DNA of 63,171 nt, counting the filler. It is 7 parts of 7 records of this genome, joined end to end, with 100 filler letters (N's around TTAATTAATTAA, not from the genome) between each part and the next. Parts side by side here need not be neighbours in the genome. Positions count along the whole stretch, not along the records: positions 25,994 to 33,323 come from SRR31156797_58430; positions 33,424 to 46,657 come from SRR31156797_58477; 5 more parts are not named here. One strand, written 5' to 3'. The notes beneath the pieces were generated by a model. It searched no databases. It was not told the DNA's origin and saw only the letters and a program-made list of their open reading frames with translations. Shown in pieces: positions 30,420 through 39,329 of this stretch (positions are counted from its first letter, which is position 1; every line of letters starts with the position of its first letter). The translations under genes and the position numbers were made by a program.

Positions 30420-32797
30420 AGCGTTTTAACACCCTGCCTGACGGATTCCGCGGCCACAAAAGGTCGCTTCCTGGCCGCACCCATATTGACCGTTACCCGC
30501 AAAGCACGCAGCCCGTGCACCCCCTGAAGATCCTGCAATTCAAGTTTTTCGATTTCCTTCTCCAGGTAGTTTTCTTCCTGCAGATAATCAATATACTTCA
30601 GGTATTCGCGCATTTCCCGTCCATGTGAATAGACAATGGCGATTTTTCCGGGCTGGGTTAAGCGTTCACTGCTCCCCTTGATCATGGCCTTGTCGATGCG
30701 TTTCTTGATGATTTCATGACGAATGTCATAGGCCCCGTCCACATCGAAGCGTCTCTCGTCGGGACGGAAGCGGATGGATAAGGGGGTATCCTGGACCAAG
30801 ATCAAATGGGCGGCTTCGAGGGGCATTTTGGAAGTGGTCTTCAGGTCTTCCGTCCGCCATGCCACCCCGCACATGACCATTAGCTGCCACAACCGCAGAT
30901 TTTTGAGATAAAGCATATCAAACTTCAGATCCTCCACCATGGAGGCACCCATGTAGATGGTATAATCCACGCCATCGGTTTTCATTTTTTCAAAATAATG
31001 GGGGAAAAAAGACTGGGCGGTCTCTTCCTCCTCATCCAGGTATGCGCTGATGACTTCATTGATCCGAAAGATGCTTTCCTCGAAATCCTTCCGCTTTCGA
31101 TAAAGGGCGCCAAGGGACGGCTCCAGCGCGGCGCGATAGGTCTCAATCGGTTCGCGAAGGGTCGGATCGGCATCCATGAGATGGTCCAATACCGGTTCGA
31201 TTTCTTTGCGAAGAAAATCCGCCTTGGCCACCTCGTCCCCTGAATTGAGGTTATCTTTGACCTCCTCAATATTCCCTTGTATCCGGTAGTTTAAGGCATC
31301 CAGAATGGGGAGGGGTTTCTTCTCCCGGGCCAGCAAAATGATCTCCTGAACCATTGTGAACTGTTCCACCAGGTCCGATTGAAGGGCCGTATTGCGATAA
31401 TCGCTGGAATCCCTGATGTCGGAAACCCCATAGAGGGGGTAAACATTGGGGAACAGTATGGGTTCCAGTTCCGTCACCGTTTCCCGGTCCTGCCCCATGT
31501 AATTGAGCGCCGCCCGGTGAAAACGCCATTCCACCGAAGGATGGATGGCCGTGCATTTCTCCTTGATAATGGCCTGAACCCGGTGGTTGAGTTCCTCCAT
31601 ACCCCGGTTGATGGCCATGGAAAAAAGCGGTATGATTTCCTGAAGCTTCATGGTATCCAGCATGCTGAAAGCGTCCGGGTGCGGTGATTTGACGGAAAAA
31701 GTTCCCAGGAGCCGCTCCTGGTAGTACAGGGGCGCCACAAAAAGACTTCTCACACCCTTTTCGATCATGTGCTGTTCCAACGGGGTTTTGTTTGGATACT
31801 TTTGAAGATCCCGAATAATCTGTTGTTGGCCTTTCTCCACCACTTCCACAAAAAGCGAACCCCCGAAATCTTCTTTCATACGATGTTCCGAATCGGAGAA
31901 GATACAGCCCCTCTCACAGCCATCATCCATTTTATGATCGGGATTTAGAATCAACACTTCCTCACCCTGAAAAGCGGCCAGATCCATGATCAAATCCGGT
32001 TGCCCCAAATAAATGCGAAGTTTTTCATGGAGTTTTAAAAACCCTTCCGATGAAAAAATGGATTCCTTTTCAATGAGGTCCCGTTTAAGGGATGACAATA
32101 CTTCCTGGTCCGTCACATCCACGGCCCGGCAGACACCGAACCCCTGGAAAAGAAACCGATCCGGAGGTAAAATTTCCATCCAGTGAACGGGATCGTCACC
32201 CGCGGATAGAATCCATTCCCGATCCGCATCGGATAAAGGCTTCAGTTTCCCGGTCTTTCGAATTTCCACAAAGCGCGGATCAAAAGAGATGTTCAAAAAC
32301 CGATCCAGCTGGGTTTCAGGGTCCTTCAAGGTTACAATTAAGGGAAAATCATGGGGAAACCGCATATGGTAAAAGGTTTCAAGAATCAGGGAACAGCCCT
32401 TCACAATCCGTCCCATGGCCCAGTGCTCGGCATCCAGATTTGCCAGATTTCCAAAATCCATGCAGTTCTCCGAAGGCCACAGCCGCTTGAAAGTGGGGCT
32501 CACATAAACGGTCTCATTTTGGAAAGGGACGAATGCCGCCGCATAATCCCGGTCACTGAAAGCAGGGGGAAATACAAGGCTCATGAGCATATCAATGAGG
32601 CTTCTGTTTTTTTCCAGCACCCGCGAATCTGTAATGGGCTCAAACATTTCCGGCGCATGGTTCAACTCTTTTTCCACCGCTTTCATGATGGCACCCTCCA
32701 CGCCGTCATCCTTTGACAGAAGTTGCCGCCAGAAATCGATCAGGCCGGAAAAACAGAGAACGCTCTTGAATGGAAAATCACTCACCTTGTCAGACAT
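30416..32797 (-). CDS. Large GAF-domain protein of unknown function
   Basis: GAF-like segment GVRSLFVAPLYYQERLLGTFSV. Conserved-looking blocks TAIHPSVEWRF, YPLYGVSDIRDSS, KTDGVDY, FDVDGAY, KKRIDKA, ERLTQPGKIAIVY. Confidence 0.8.
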   Translation of the reverse strand: MSDKVSDFPFKSVLCFSGLIDFWRQLLSKDDGVEGAIMKAVEKELNHAPEMFEPITDSRVLEKNRSLIDMLMSLVFPPAFSDRDYAAAFVPFQNETVYVSPTFKRLWPSENCMDFGNLANLDAEHWAMGRIVKGCSLILETFYHMRFPHDFPLIVTLKDPETQLDRFLNISFDPRFVEIRKTGKLKPLSDADREWILSAGDDPVHWMEILPPDRFLFQGFGVCRAVDVTDQEVLSSLKRDLIEKESIFSSEGFLKLHEKLRIYLGQPDLIMDLAAFQGEEVLILNPDHKMDDGCERGCIFSDSEHRMKEDFGGSLFVEVVEKGQQQIIRDLQKYPNKTPLEQHMIEKGVRSLFVAPLYYQERLLGTFSVKSPHPDAFSMLDTMKLQEIIPLFSMAINRGMEELNHRVQAIIKEKCTAIHPSVEWRFHRAALNYMGQDRETVTELEPILFPNVYPLYGVSDIRDSSDYRNTALQSDLVEQFTMVQEIILLAREKKPLPILDALNYRIQGNIEEVKDNLNSGDEVAKADFLRKEIEPVLDHLMDADPTLREPIETYRAALEPSLGALYRKRKDFEESIFRINEVISAYLDEEEETAQSFFPHYFEKMKTDGVDYTIYMGASMVEDLKFDMLYLKNLRLWQLMVMCGVAWRTEDLKTTSKMPLEAAHLILVQDTPLSIRFRPDERRFDVDGAYDIRHEIIKKRIDKAMIKGSSERLTQPGKIAIVYSHGREMREYLKYIDYLQEENYLEKEIEKLELQDLQGVHGLRALRVTVNMGAARKRPFVAAESVRQGVKTL

Positions 32798-32978
32798 ATT
32801 GTTTTCCTTTCTTCAGCCAAAAATCCGGAAAAAAGTTTAAAGTAGAAGATATCCACCCACGGCTTTAAGGTCAAGGAAGTTTGGAAGCCGGGGATCCGGT
32901 TTCAACGCTTGTAAATACATTGAAAATGCTTACAATACCGGCTTGTTTAAATTACTTCACTGGAGCCCGAAAAAAACC

Positions 32979-33323
32979 ATGTCGCAAACATTAAAAAATG
33001 AGAATCTTAGAAACGTTGCCATCATCGCCCACGTGGACCACGGAAAAACCACCCTTGTTGACGGCCTGTTTCGCCAGAGCGGCCTCTTCCGAAGCAACCA
33101 GAAGGTGGAAGAACGGCTCATGGACACCATGGAACTGGAAAGGGAGCGTGGCATCACCATCGCCGCCAAAAACTGTTCGGTTAAATGGAAGGGGGTCAGG
33201 ATCAATATCATCGATACACCCGGACACGCGGATTTCGGCGGAGAAGTGGAACGGGCCCTCAGCATGGCCGACGGCGCCATCCTTCTGGTGGATGCCTCCG
33301 AAGGCCCCCTGCCCCAGACCCGG
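32979..33323 (+). CDS. typA: Translational GTPase TypA/BipA (3' truncated)
   Basis: Motifs [48 protein letters not shown]. Confidence 0.95.
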
Positions 33324-33423
33324 NNNNNNNNNNNNNNNNNNNNNNNNNNNNNNNNNNNNNNNNNNNNTTAATTAATTAANNNNNNNNNNNNNNNNNNNNN
33401 NNNNNNNNNNNNNNNNNNNNNNN
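33324..33423. other. Artificial contig linker
   Basis: N44-TTAATTAATTAA-N44. Confidence 0.98.
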
Positions 33424-33882
33424 CTGCTTCAGAAAAAGATGAAACATGATATCCAGGAATGCCTGGACGGACATCAAAGCGGTATCCAACTGGTAAACGT
33501 CAATTTCAAGGATATTCACCCCCCGATTTCCATTGCCGGGTCATTTGAAAATGTTATCGCCGGTTTTCAGGAAAAGCAGGAGTTGATAAACAGAGCGATC
33601 GGATATGCAAATGATGTGATTCCCGATTCGCGGGGAGAAGCCGAAAGGAATATCCAAGCCGCGGCAGGCGACACTGTTTTCCGCATTCGCGTGGCGGAGG
33701 GGAAGGCGGAAAGATTTAACCTGAGGCTGCCGGCAACGGATTCCGAAAAAGAGATTTCAATGGCACGCATCTATCATGAAACCATGAAAGAGACATTAAA
33801 AGGAAAAACCAAAATCATTGTCGATTCAAAAGTCGGCACTCCCGAAATCTGGATGAATTTTGATAATCCGTACTTTGAGTGA
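33424..33882 (+). CDS. hflK: HflK-like SPFH protein (5' truncated)
   Basis: GIQLVNVNFKDIHPP, INRAIGYANDVIPDSRGEA, AEGKAERF, RIYHETM. Confidence 0.8.
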   Translation: MLQKKMKHDIQECLDGHQSGIQLVNVNFKDIHPPISIAGSFENVIAGFQEKQELINRAIGYANDVIPDSRGEAERNIQAAAGDTVFRIRVAEGKAERFNLRLPATDSEKEISMARIYHETMKETLKGKTKIIVDSKVGTPEIWMNFDNPYFE

Positions 33883-33935
33883 TCCGTAAATATCATGTCG
33901 GACAGGTGAATAATGACTGATGATGAGGTCGTAAA

Positions 33936-34820
33936 ATGAGATATGTTATCTCCGGTATGTTGGTAATTGTTGTTCTGGCGTATTTGTGTTCCTATACGGT
34001 GTCTGAAAGAGAGTATGTGGTATTGACGCGATTTGGAAAACCCGTTGAAACGGTCAGTGCGGCAGGGCTTCACCATAAACTGCCCGGTTTTATTGAAACC
34101 GTAAACAGAATTGAAAAACGGACCCATATTTTTGATACCAGACCCATACAGCTTCTGCTTGGAGACAAGAATCCCATCGTCATAACCTCTTATATCTGCT
34201 GGCGTGTAAAAGATCCGCTCCTTTTTTTTCAATCACTTTTAAACAGTGAAATCGCCACACAGAAACTCTCGGATATGGTGAATTCGCAAATGGGAAATGT
34301 GTTGGGCGAATTTAAACTGAATAATATTATCAATACCAATCCTTCGGAAGTGAAATTAGCTGCGCTGGAGCAGCAGATATTGTCCAATACCAACGCCAGT
34401 GCAAGTGAGAAGTACGGGATAGAGGTCGTTCAAATAGGGGTTAGAAAACTGGCCTACCCCTCCGTGGTTGCGGATGCCGTCTATAACAGGATGCGATCCG
34501 AAAGGGAAAAGGAGGCCAGGAAATTTCGTGCTGAGGGAATGGAAGAGGCGACCAAAATCAGGGCGAAGGCGGATCGTGAGGCCAAGGAGATCCTTGCGGA
34601 AGCATTTAAACAATCAGAGATTCTCAAAGGGGAAGGGGATCACCGGGCACTGAAAATATATTCAAAAGCTTATCAAAAGGATAAGGCATTTTTTGAATTT
34701 TTGAAATCCATGGAAGTTTACAAGGATATTCTTAAAGAGAAAAGCACTATCGTACTGTCCACGGATTCGGATATCTTCAAATATTTAAATCAGTCACGGG
34801 GAAACGCTCAGAATGACTGA
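33936..34820 (+). CDS. hflC: HflC-like SPFH protein
   Basis: VLTRFGKP, YGIEVVQIGV, VYNRMRSERE, RAEG, GEGD, FFEFLKSMEVY. Confidence 0.9.
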   Translation: MRYVISGMLVIVVLAYLCSYTVSEREYVVLTRFGKPVETVSAAGLHHKLPGFIETVNRIEKRTHIFDTRPIQLLLGDKNPIVITSYICWRVKDPLLFFQSLLNSEIATQKLSDMVNSQMGNVLGEFKLNNIINTNPSEVKLAALEQQILSNTNASASEKYGIEVVQIGVRKLAYPSVVADAVYNRMRSEREKEARKFRAEGMEEATKIRAKADREAKEILAEAFKQSEILKGEGDHRALKIYSKAYQKDKAFFEFLKSMEVYKDILKEKSTIVLSTDSDIFKYLNQSRGNAQND

Positions 34821-35820
34821 AAAGAAAGAGCATTTTTTTAAAAAAACATTCAATTATGCCTTAAAACATTCAGTACTGTTTTTCCGATTTGTTCTGTTCT
34901 GTTTAGGCATTTTATATCTGCTCTCAGGTATTTATTCCGTTTCATCCAATGAAATCGGTGTACACCAACGGTTTGGGCGTATTATCAATGAAAAGGTTCA
35001 GCCGGGTATCCATTACAAACTGCCATGGCCTGTTGACAGAATCATTAAGGTACCCGTTCGCGAAGTAAAGCGTATGGTTATCGATGATTTTTATTTTGCC
35101 TTTGATCTTAAACCGGGGCAGGAAAGCCGGGCCGTCATCTTTAAATATATGACGGGTCTTGACTCTTATTGCATCACCGGAGATAATAACCTTGCAATCG
35201 TCCGGTGCGTTATCCAGTATACCATTGCCAATCCATATGAATATCTCTTCTGTATCAAAGATCCTGATATTATGCTGAGAAGCCTTGCCTGCAAGACGAT
35301 TATTCACTGCATGGCCAGAATGCCGATAGATGAAATTCTGACAAAGGGGAAGCAGTCCGTGGCGAGCTATATTATGTTCGGACTCCAAAATAAGCTCGAC
35401 AACTTGAAAACGGGAATCAATATTTCTTTTGTGGAGATTAACAATATCAGTCCTCCCGGGCGGGTAGAGCAATATTTTTCAGATGTTGTAAAAGCTTCCA
35501 TTGACCGCGAGAAAAACATCAATGAAGCCGAATCTTACAGAAATGAAATTATCCCTGAAGCCAAAGCGGAAGCCATGGAAAAAATAGAAAAAGCCAAAAG
35601 CTATAAAAAAGAGGTTATCCTGATGGCGGAAGGGAAAACAGAGCGGTTCATTAAACTCCTTGAACGCGCCGGAGAAAAAGGGAGTTCCGCCAGGGAATTG
35701 ATATATATGGAATCCATGAAAGAAATCATGGAAAATATCGGCAGCAAGCATATCATCGGCAACAACCGTGAAGGAAAACCGGCCGTAAACATAAAAATCA
35801 AGGAAAAACAATCACATTAA
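34813..35820 (+). CDS. hflK: Second HflK-like SPFH protein
   Basis: RFGR...PGIHYKLPWPVD, ITGDNN, INEAESYRNEIIPEAKAEA, AEGKTERF. Confidence 0.85.
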   Translation: MTEKKEHFFKKTFNYALKHSVLFFRFVLFCLGILYLLSGIYSVSSNEIGVHQRFGRIINEKVQPGIHYKLPWPVDRIIKVPVREVKRMVIDDFYFAFDLKPGQESRAVIFKYMTGLDSYCITGDNNLAIVRCVIQYTIANPYEYLFCIKDPDIMLRSLACKTIIHCMARMPIDEILTKGKQSVASYIMFGLQNKLDNLKTGINISFVEINNISPPGRVEQYFSDVVKASIDREKNINEAESYRNEIIPEAKAEAMEKIEKAKSYKKEVILMAEGKTERFIKLLERAGEKGSSARELIYMESMKEIMENIGSKHIIGNNREGKPAVNIKIKEKQSH

Positions 35821-35994
35821 TTGCAGCTGAATCCGTGAGCGGAAAATGAACGGAATTCATCTCATTCCACCATCACACCCATGACCGGGACACCGGACCC
35901 TGATGCCTGACCGGAAACTCTCCTACATCAGGCCACTTCGTTCTTCCGGAGAAATCGCGGCCATGTTCGGGGACGGCAAGTTTTCGGCGCTTTT

Positions 35995-37659
35995 TCAACA
36001 CCCCTCTTCCATAATCCTGGGTCTTGCCGGTTTTTTGGTCAGGGGTTTCTTCTCTCCTTTTTGGGCGGACGGCAGCCCCGTCCCGGCTTTGACCGGCTCA
36101 TGGACGGGAAAACCTGCGTCGATCCACGCCTGACTCCCGCCCTCAAGATTCCTGGGGTTTTTGAATCCCTTCCTCTCCAGGATGCCCACGGCCATGCTGG
36201 AACGATAGGCGGAGTTACAGACCGTCACCACGGGTTGATCCGGGTCAAGTTTTTTGGACAATTCAGAGAGGTGATTCAGTGGCAGGTTCAGTACGGTGCC
36301 GATCCTCAAACCCATCCATTCAGAGGGGAGACGGACGTCAACCATCACCGGAGCCTCTCCCTTTTGCATCATGTTATAAAGCGCTCTTGGAGAAACGGGA
36401 TCGCTGATTCTGACAGGCCGCCCGGCATTCTTCCAGGTCTCCATGGTGATGATTTCCGGGCTGTAACCGATTCGGTTCAGCCTGAACAGGGCTTCCTTCA
36501 GCCCTTCCCCGTCCCCTGCCAGCACCAGCCTCGATCCCCACGGAACCATGATGCCCACCCATTTCTCCAGCTTTCCCCTTAAGGCGATATTTACCGAGTT
36601 GGGGATATGGCCCGCGGCATATTCGTCAGCTTCCCGCAGATCCACCACATAGGTTCTGTCCGGATCGATGAGGGTCGTGTCCGGGACCGCTTCACGGGGC
36701 AGTCCGGCATCCCAGTCCACGAGAGGGGGACCTTTTCGGTTCAAGGCGGCGTTATGGCTGAAATACTGGGGGGCCTCGGGAAGGTCCTGGAGCAGTGCGG
36801 CGATGAATTCTCCGCGTTTTTTATATTGCAGATAAGGATTGGACCTCTTTTCTTCCCCAATGGTGCTGAATGGCTTGTGGGAAAGATTGGCACCGCAGAG
36901 GGAGCCCGCTCCGTGGGCCGGGAAGATTTTGACGCTGTTATTCAGTTTGGATATTTTGTTGTTCCAGGAGTCGAAAAAAGCGGATGCCAGAAAAGCTGCC
37001 GAGACGGTACCGCCCATGAGATCCGGCCGTCCCACGCTTCCCACAAAAAGCACATCCCCCGTAAACATCAACTCCGGCACATCCGGGTTATCCGGGCCGT
37101 ATACGAGTCCGCAGGTACTGTCGGGCGTATGTCCCGGGGTTTCAATAAATTTTATGAGGGCCTTGCCCACCCGGAGGGTATTCCCTTCTTTTAAAGGCTC
37201 AAAGGGATATCCGGCGCCACTCATATGGCTCTGGTAAATGGGGCACTTGACCGCGCGAACCAGTTCCATGTGACCGGCCACAAAATCGGCATGGGAATGG
37301 CTCAGATAGACCCCTATGATTTTGGCCCCCTCCTTTTTGGCAATATCCAGGAAAGCAGAAATATCCCGGCAGGGATCGATCACCAGCGCCTCTCCCTCAC
37401 TGATGAGCATGTAGGAGTACACCGAGAGAACCGGTAATTCAAGCTGGATCAGCTTGAAGTGAGGAAACCCGTAGGTGTCCACAATACGGTATCCGGAGGC
37501 CTCCACGCCGTGTGCGGCAGACTCGGAATCTTCAATCTGAACCGCCCATGCGTCGGCGGGCGGTTCAAAATGCTTGTGGAGAACCGATCCGCCGATTCCC
37601 AGGACGGCCCCGCCAATGGCCATTTTCTTTACAAAATCTCTTCTATTCATCTCTTTCAT
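35995..37659 (-). CDS. Tat-exported MBL-fold hydrolase (persulfide dioxygenase-like) fused to two rhodanese domains
   Basis: Tat motif NRRDFVK. MBL motifs SHSHADF, TPGHT, FTGD, GRPDL, PAHGAGSLCG. Rhodanese motifs GHIPNS, CNSAYRS, LEGGSQAW. Confidence 0.9.
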   Translation of the reverse strand: MKEMNRRDFVKKMAIGGAVLGIGGSVLHKHFEPPADAWAVQIEDSESAAHGVEASGYRIVDTYGFPHFKLIQLELPVLSVYSYMLISEGEALVIDPCRDISAFLDIAKKEGAKIIGVYLSHSHADFVAGHMELVRAVKCPIYQSHMSGAGYPFEPLKEGNTLRVGKALIKFIETPGHTPDSTCGLVYGPDNPDVPELMFTGDVLFVGSVGRPDLMGGTVSAAFLASAFFDSWNNKISKLNNSVKIFPAHGAGSLCGANLSHKPFSTIGEEKRSNPYLQYKKRGEFIAALLQDLPEAPQYFSHNAALNRKGPPLVDWDAGLPREAVPDTTLIDPDRTYVVDLREADEYAAGHIPNSVNIALRGKLEKWVGIMVPWGSRLVLAGDGEGLKEALFRLNRIGYSPEIITMETWKNAGRPVRISDPVSPRALYNMMQKGEAPVMVDVRLPSEWMGLRIGTVLNLPLNHLSELSKKLDPDQPVVTVCNSAYRSSMAVGILERKGFKNPRNLEGGSQAWIDAGFPVHEPVKAGTGLPSAQKGEKKPLTKKPARPRIMEEGC

Positions 37660-37833
37660 GATATCCTCCCGTCAGGGGTGAAAGCCGCCCGGGCTTCCAT
37701 CTTCCCCCCTCATGTGGGGTTTGCCCGTTCACACCTTTCGGTGGCCATGCCGAAACCCACGGCTCAGGCGGAAACGGAAAAGAGGTAAATGAATGTGGCT
37801 CTGTTTCCCAGGACTTTTAAAAGCATTGATCAT

Positions 37834-38002
37834 CTATTCCCGAATATGCTCAAGCCCCACCTTGAGCAGGTCGGCCACATGATCATCATCCAGCGCATAA
37901 TAAAGTACCTGTCCCTTCCGCCCCCTTTGAACCAAAGCGAGATCCGTCAGTTTTCGAATCTGATGGCTCACGGCGGAATCAGACAGGCTCAGCAGGGCCG
38001 CC
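37834..38002 (-). pseudogene. C-terminal half of an ArsR/SmtB metalloregulator
   Basis: Hand translation AALLSLSDSAVSHQIRKLTDLALVQRGRKGQVLYYALDDDHVADLLKVGLEHIRE*. Preceded in frame by TAG; the N-terminal half is absent. Confidence 0.85.
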
Positions 38003-38035
38003 TATCGTTCCAGCATAGGCCGTGGGTATCCCTGG
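37998..38035 (+). repeat. Inverted ~38-bp copy of part of the rhodanese gene (36177-36212)
   Basis: CCGCCTATCGTTCCAGCATAGGCCGTGGGTATCCCTGG versus the reverse complement of 36177-36212, CCGCCTATCGTTCCAGCATGGCCGTGGGCATCCTGG. Confidence 0.85.
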
Positions 38036-38047
38036 TAAAGAAAACAG

Positions 38048-38461
38048 CTAAATCCGTTTGAGCACTTTTTCCAGGATTTCCGCGAATACAGCCTGTTCCT
38101 CCTTTGTCAATCCAGCAACAATCTCTTGCGTCATCTTCATATGAAAATTATGATGCTGTTCAAAATATTCATGCCCTGCTTTGGTAAGATCGATGAGATA
38201 GGCCCTTCTGTCCGTATCATGGGGTTTGCGAACCAGCAGCTTTTTTTCTTCCATCCGATCGACCGCAACGGTCAACGTGCCGGTGGTTACACCGATCTTT
38301 TCCGCCAAATCCTTCATCTTGATGGGACCTGCATGGCCGACGATTTCAATTGTATGAGCCTGGGCTGTCGTCAGACCCGAGTCCCTGACAACAGAATCCT
38401 CCCATGATGTGAGTTTTTCATAGAATTCTACAATTATCTTGGAAAGGCGTTTGATCTCCAT
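38048..38461 (-). CDS. MarR family transcriptional regulator
   Basis: GLTTAQAH, MKDLAEKIGVTTGTLTVAVDRME, DRRAYLIDLTKAG. AAGGGG RBS before ATG 38461. Confidence 0.92.
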   Translation of the reverse strand: MEIKRLSKIIVEFYEKLTSWEDSVVRDSGLTTAQAHTIEIVGHAGPIKMKDLAEKIGVTTGTLTVAVDRMEEKKLLVRKPHDTDRRAYLIDLTKAGHEYFEQHHNFHMKMTQEIVAGLTKEEQAVFAEILEKVLKRI

Positions 38462-38544
38462 GGATTCCCCCTTAAGCGGCCGATTATCGATTGTTCCACT
38501 GTCTATCATACATTAGAAATTGCATGGAGTGGCAATTTTTTTTA

Positions 38545-38632
38545 TTTGACACTCAAAATACTTGACAGCCAATAGAGCTTGATATGTTTAGCAGATCTGA
38601 TATGTTGAAAGACAAATTATTAGATATTCAAA
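38545..38632. promoter_or_regulatory. Four TTTGA-N3-TCAAA-like operator boxes upstream of marR
   Basis: TTTGACACTCAAA 38545, CTTGACAGCCAAT 38561, GTTGAAAGACAAA 38604, TTAGATATTCAAA 38620. Two pairs, each with 16-bp spacing. Confidence 0.6.
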
Positions 38633-38832
38633 TAAATAGAGACGGCATGATTGGCAGGCACGGACGACTAAAGGTGTACAAAGAGATTTTCACATCCGGT
38701 GACTTTATCAAGACAGCCACGGGGGGGTCCATCATTTGTTTTAATTCTTGTGTTGTGATGGTCTCCCATTTTTGTTCATCATAATCTCCTCTCAATTTTA
38801 GGTCCACGAAATGTCTCCGCCGTAACCATGTC

Positions 38833-39309
38833 TCAAACGTTCCCCGAAACGCCGTTAAAGCAGGTGAGCAGTTTTTCCGCCAATACCACCGGTGCCATCT
38901 CCCGCTTGGTTTCCGAGCTCATGCCCAGTTCGCCCCTGATTTCAAAGGCAGTGTTCTGAAAAGCGCTTATTAATGTGTTTTCATAGTTGGTCCTGAGCAA
39001 TGAAAATGACTCTTCAACTTCCGGATACTCTGGGTTTTTCCGAAAGGGAAGGGTCAAGACGTTTTTAATACAACCGTCTTTATGGGACGGGGCGGATAAC
39101 TCGTAATAAGTGTCGGGCGACCATTTCCGCCGTTCGTTGCGCCCGGGGTACACATGGCTTTGCCAGGCGTCCGGAGGTTTGGGGATGGTGCTTTTGATGG
39201 TCACCTTGGGCACCGCCAGGGTTATTTCAAAGGGTTCCAACAAAATGGTGTAATGCAGTTTGGGCCGCAGGTGCCCGCGTTTTTTAATAATCCGCCATTG
39301 GATGTTCAT
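38833..39309 (-). CDS. Conserved hypothetical protein, last gene of the AAA+/VWA operon
   Basis: MNIQWRIIKKRGHLRPKLHY... GGGAG RBS. Starts 20 nt after the VWA gene. Confidence 0.75.
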   Translation of the reverse strand: MNIQWRIIKKRGHLRPKLHYTILLEPFEITLAVPKVTIKSTIPKPPDAWQSHVYPGRNERRKWSPDTYYELSAPSHKDGCIKNVLTLPFRKNPEYPEVEESFSLLRTNYENTLISAFQNTAFEIRGELGMSSETKREMAPVVLAEKLLTCFNGVSGNV

Positions 39310-39329
39310 CTTGTTCTCCCGTCTAAGGA

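Noticed and set aside
35843-35994. Short ORF-like sequence after hflK
   Set aside because: Stops in the plausible frames and no family I can support.
35960-36000. TGT-TGA ending as a possible Cys-Sec readthrough
   Set aside because: No convincing SECIS hairpin immediately downstream.
37670-37790. AAGCCCGGGCGG and GGGCAAACC upstream of the MBL-rhodanese gene (- strand), reminiscent of ykkC or c-di-GMP motifs
   Set aside because: Only isolated words match; I could not build either consensus structure.
37789-38061. 90-aa + strand ORF
   Set aside because: Antisense shadow of the arsR remnant.
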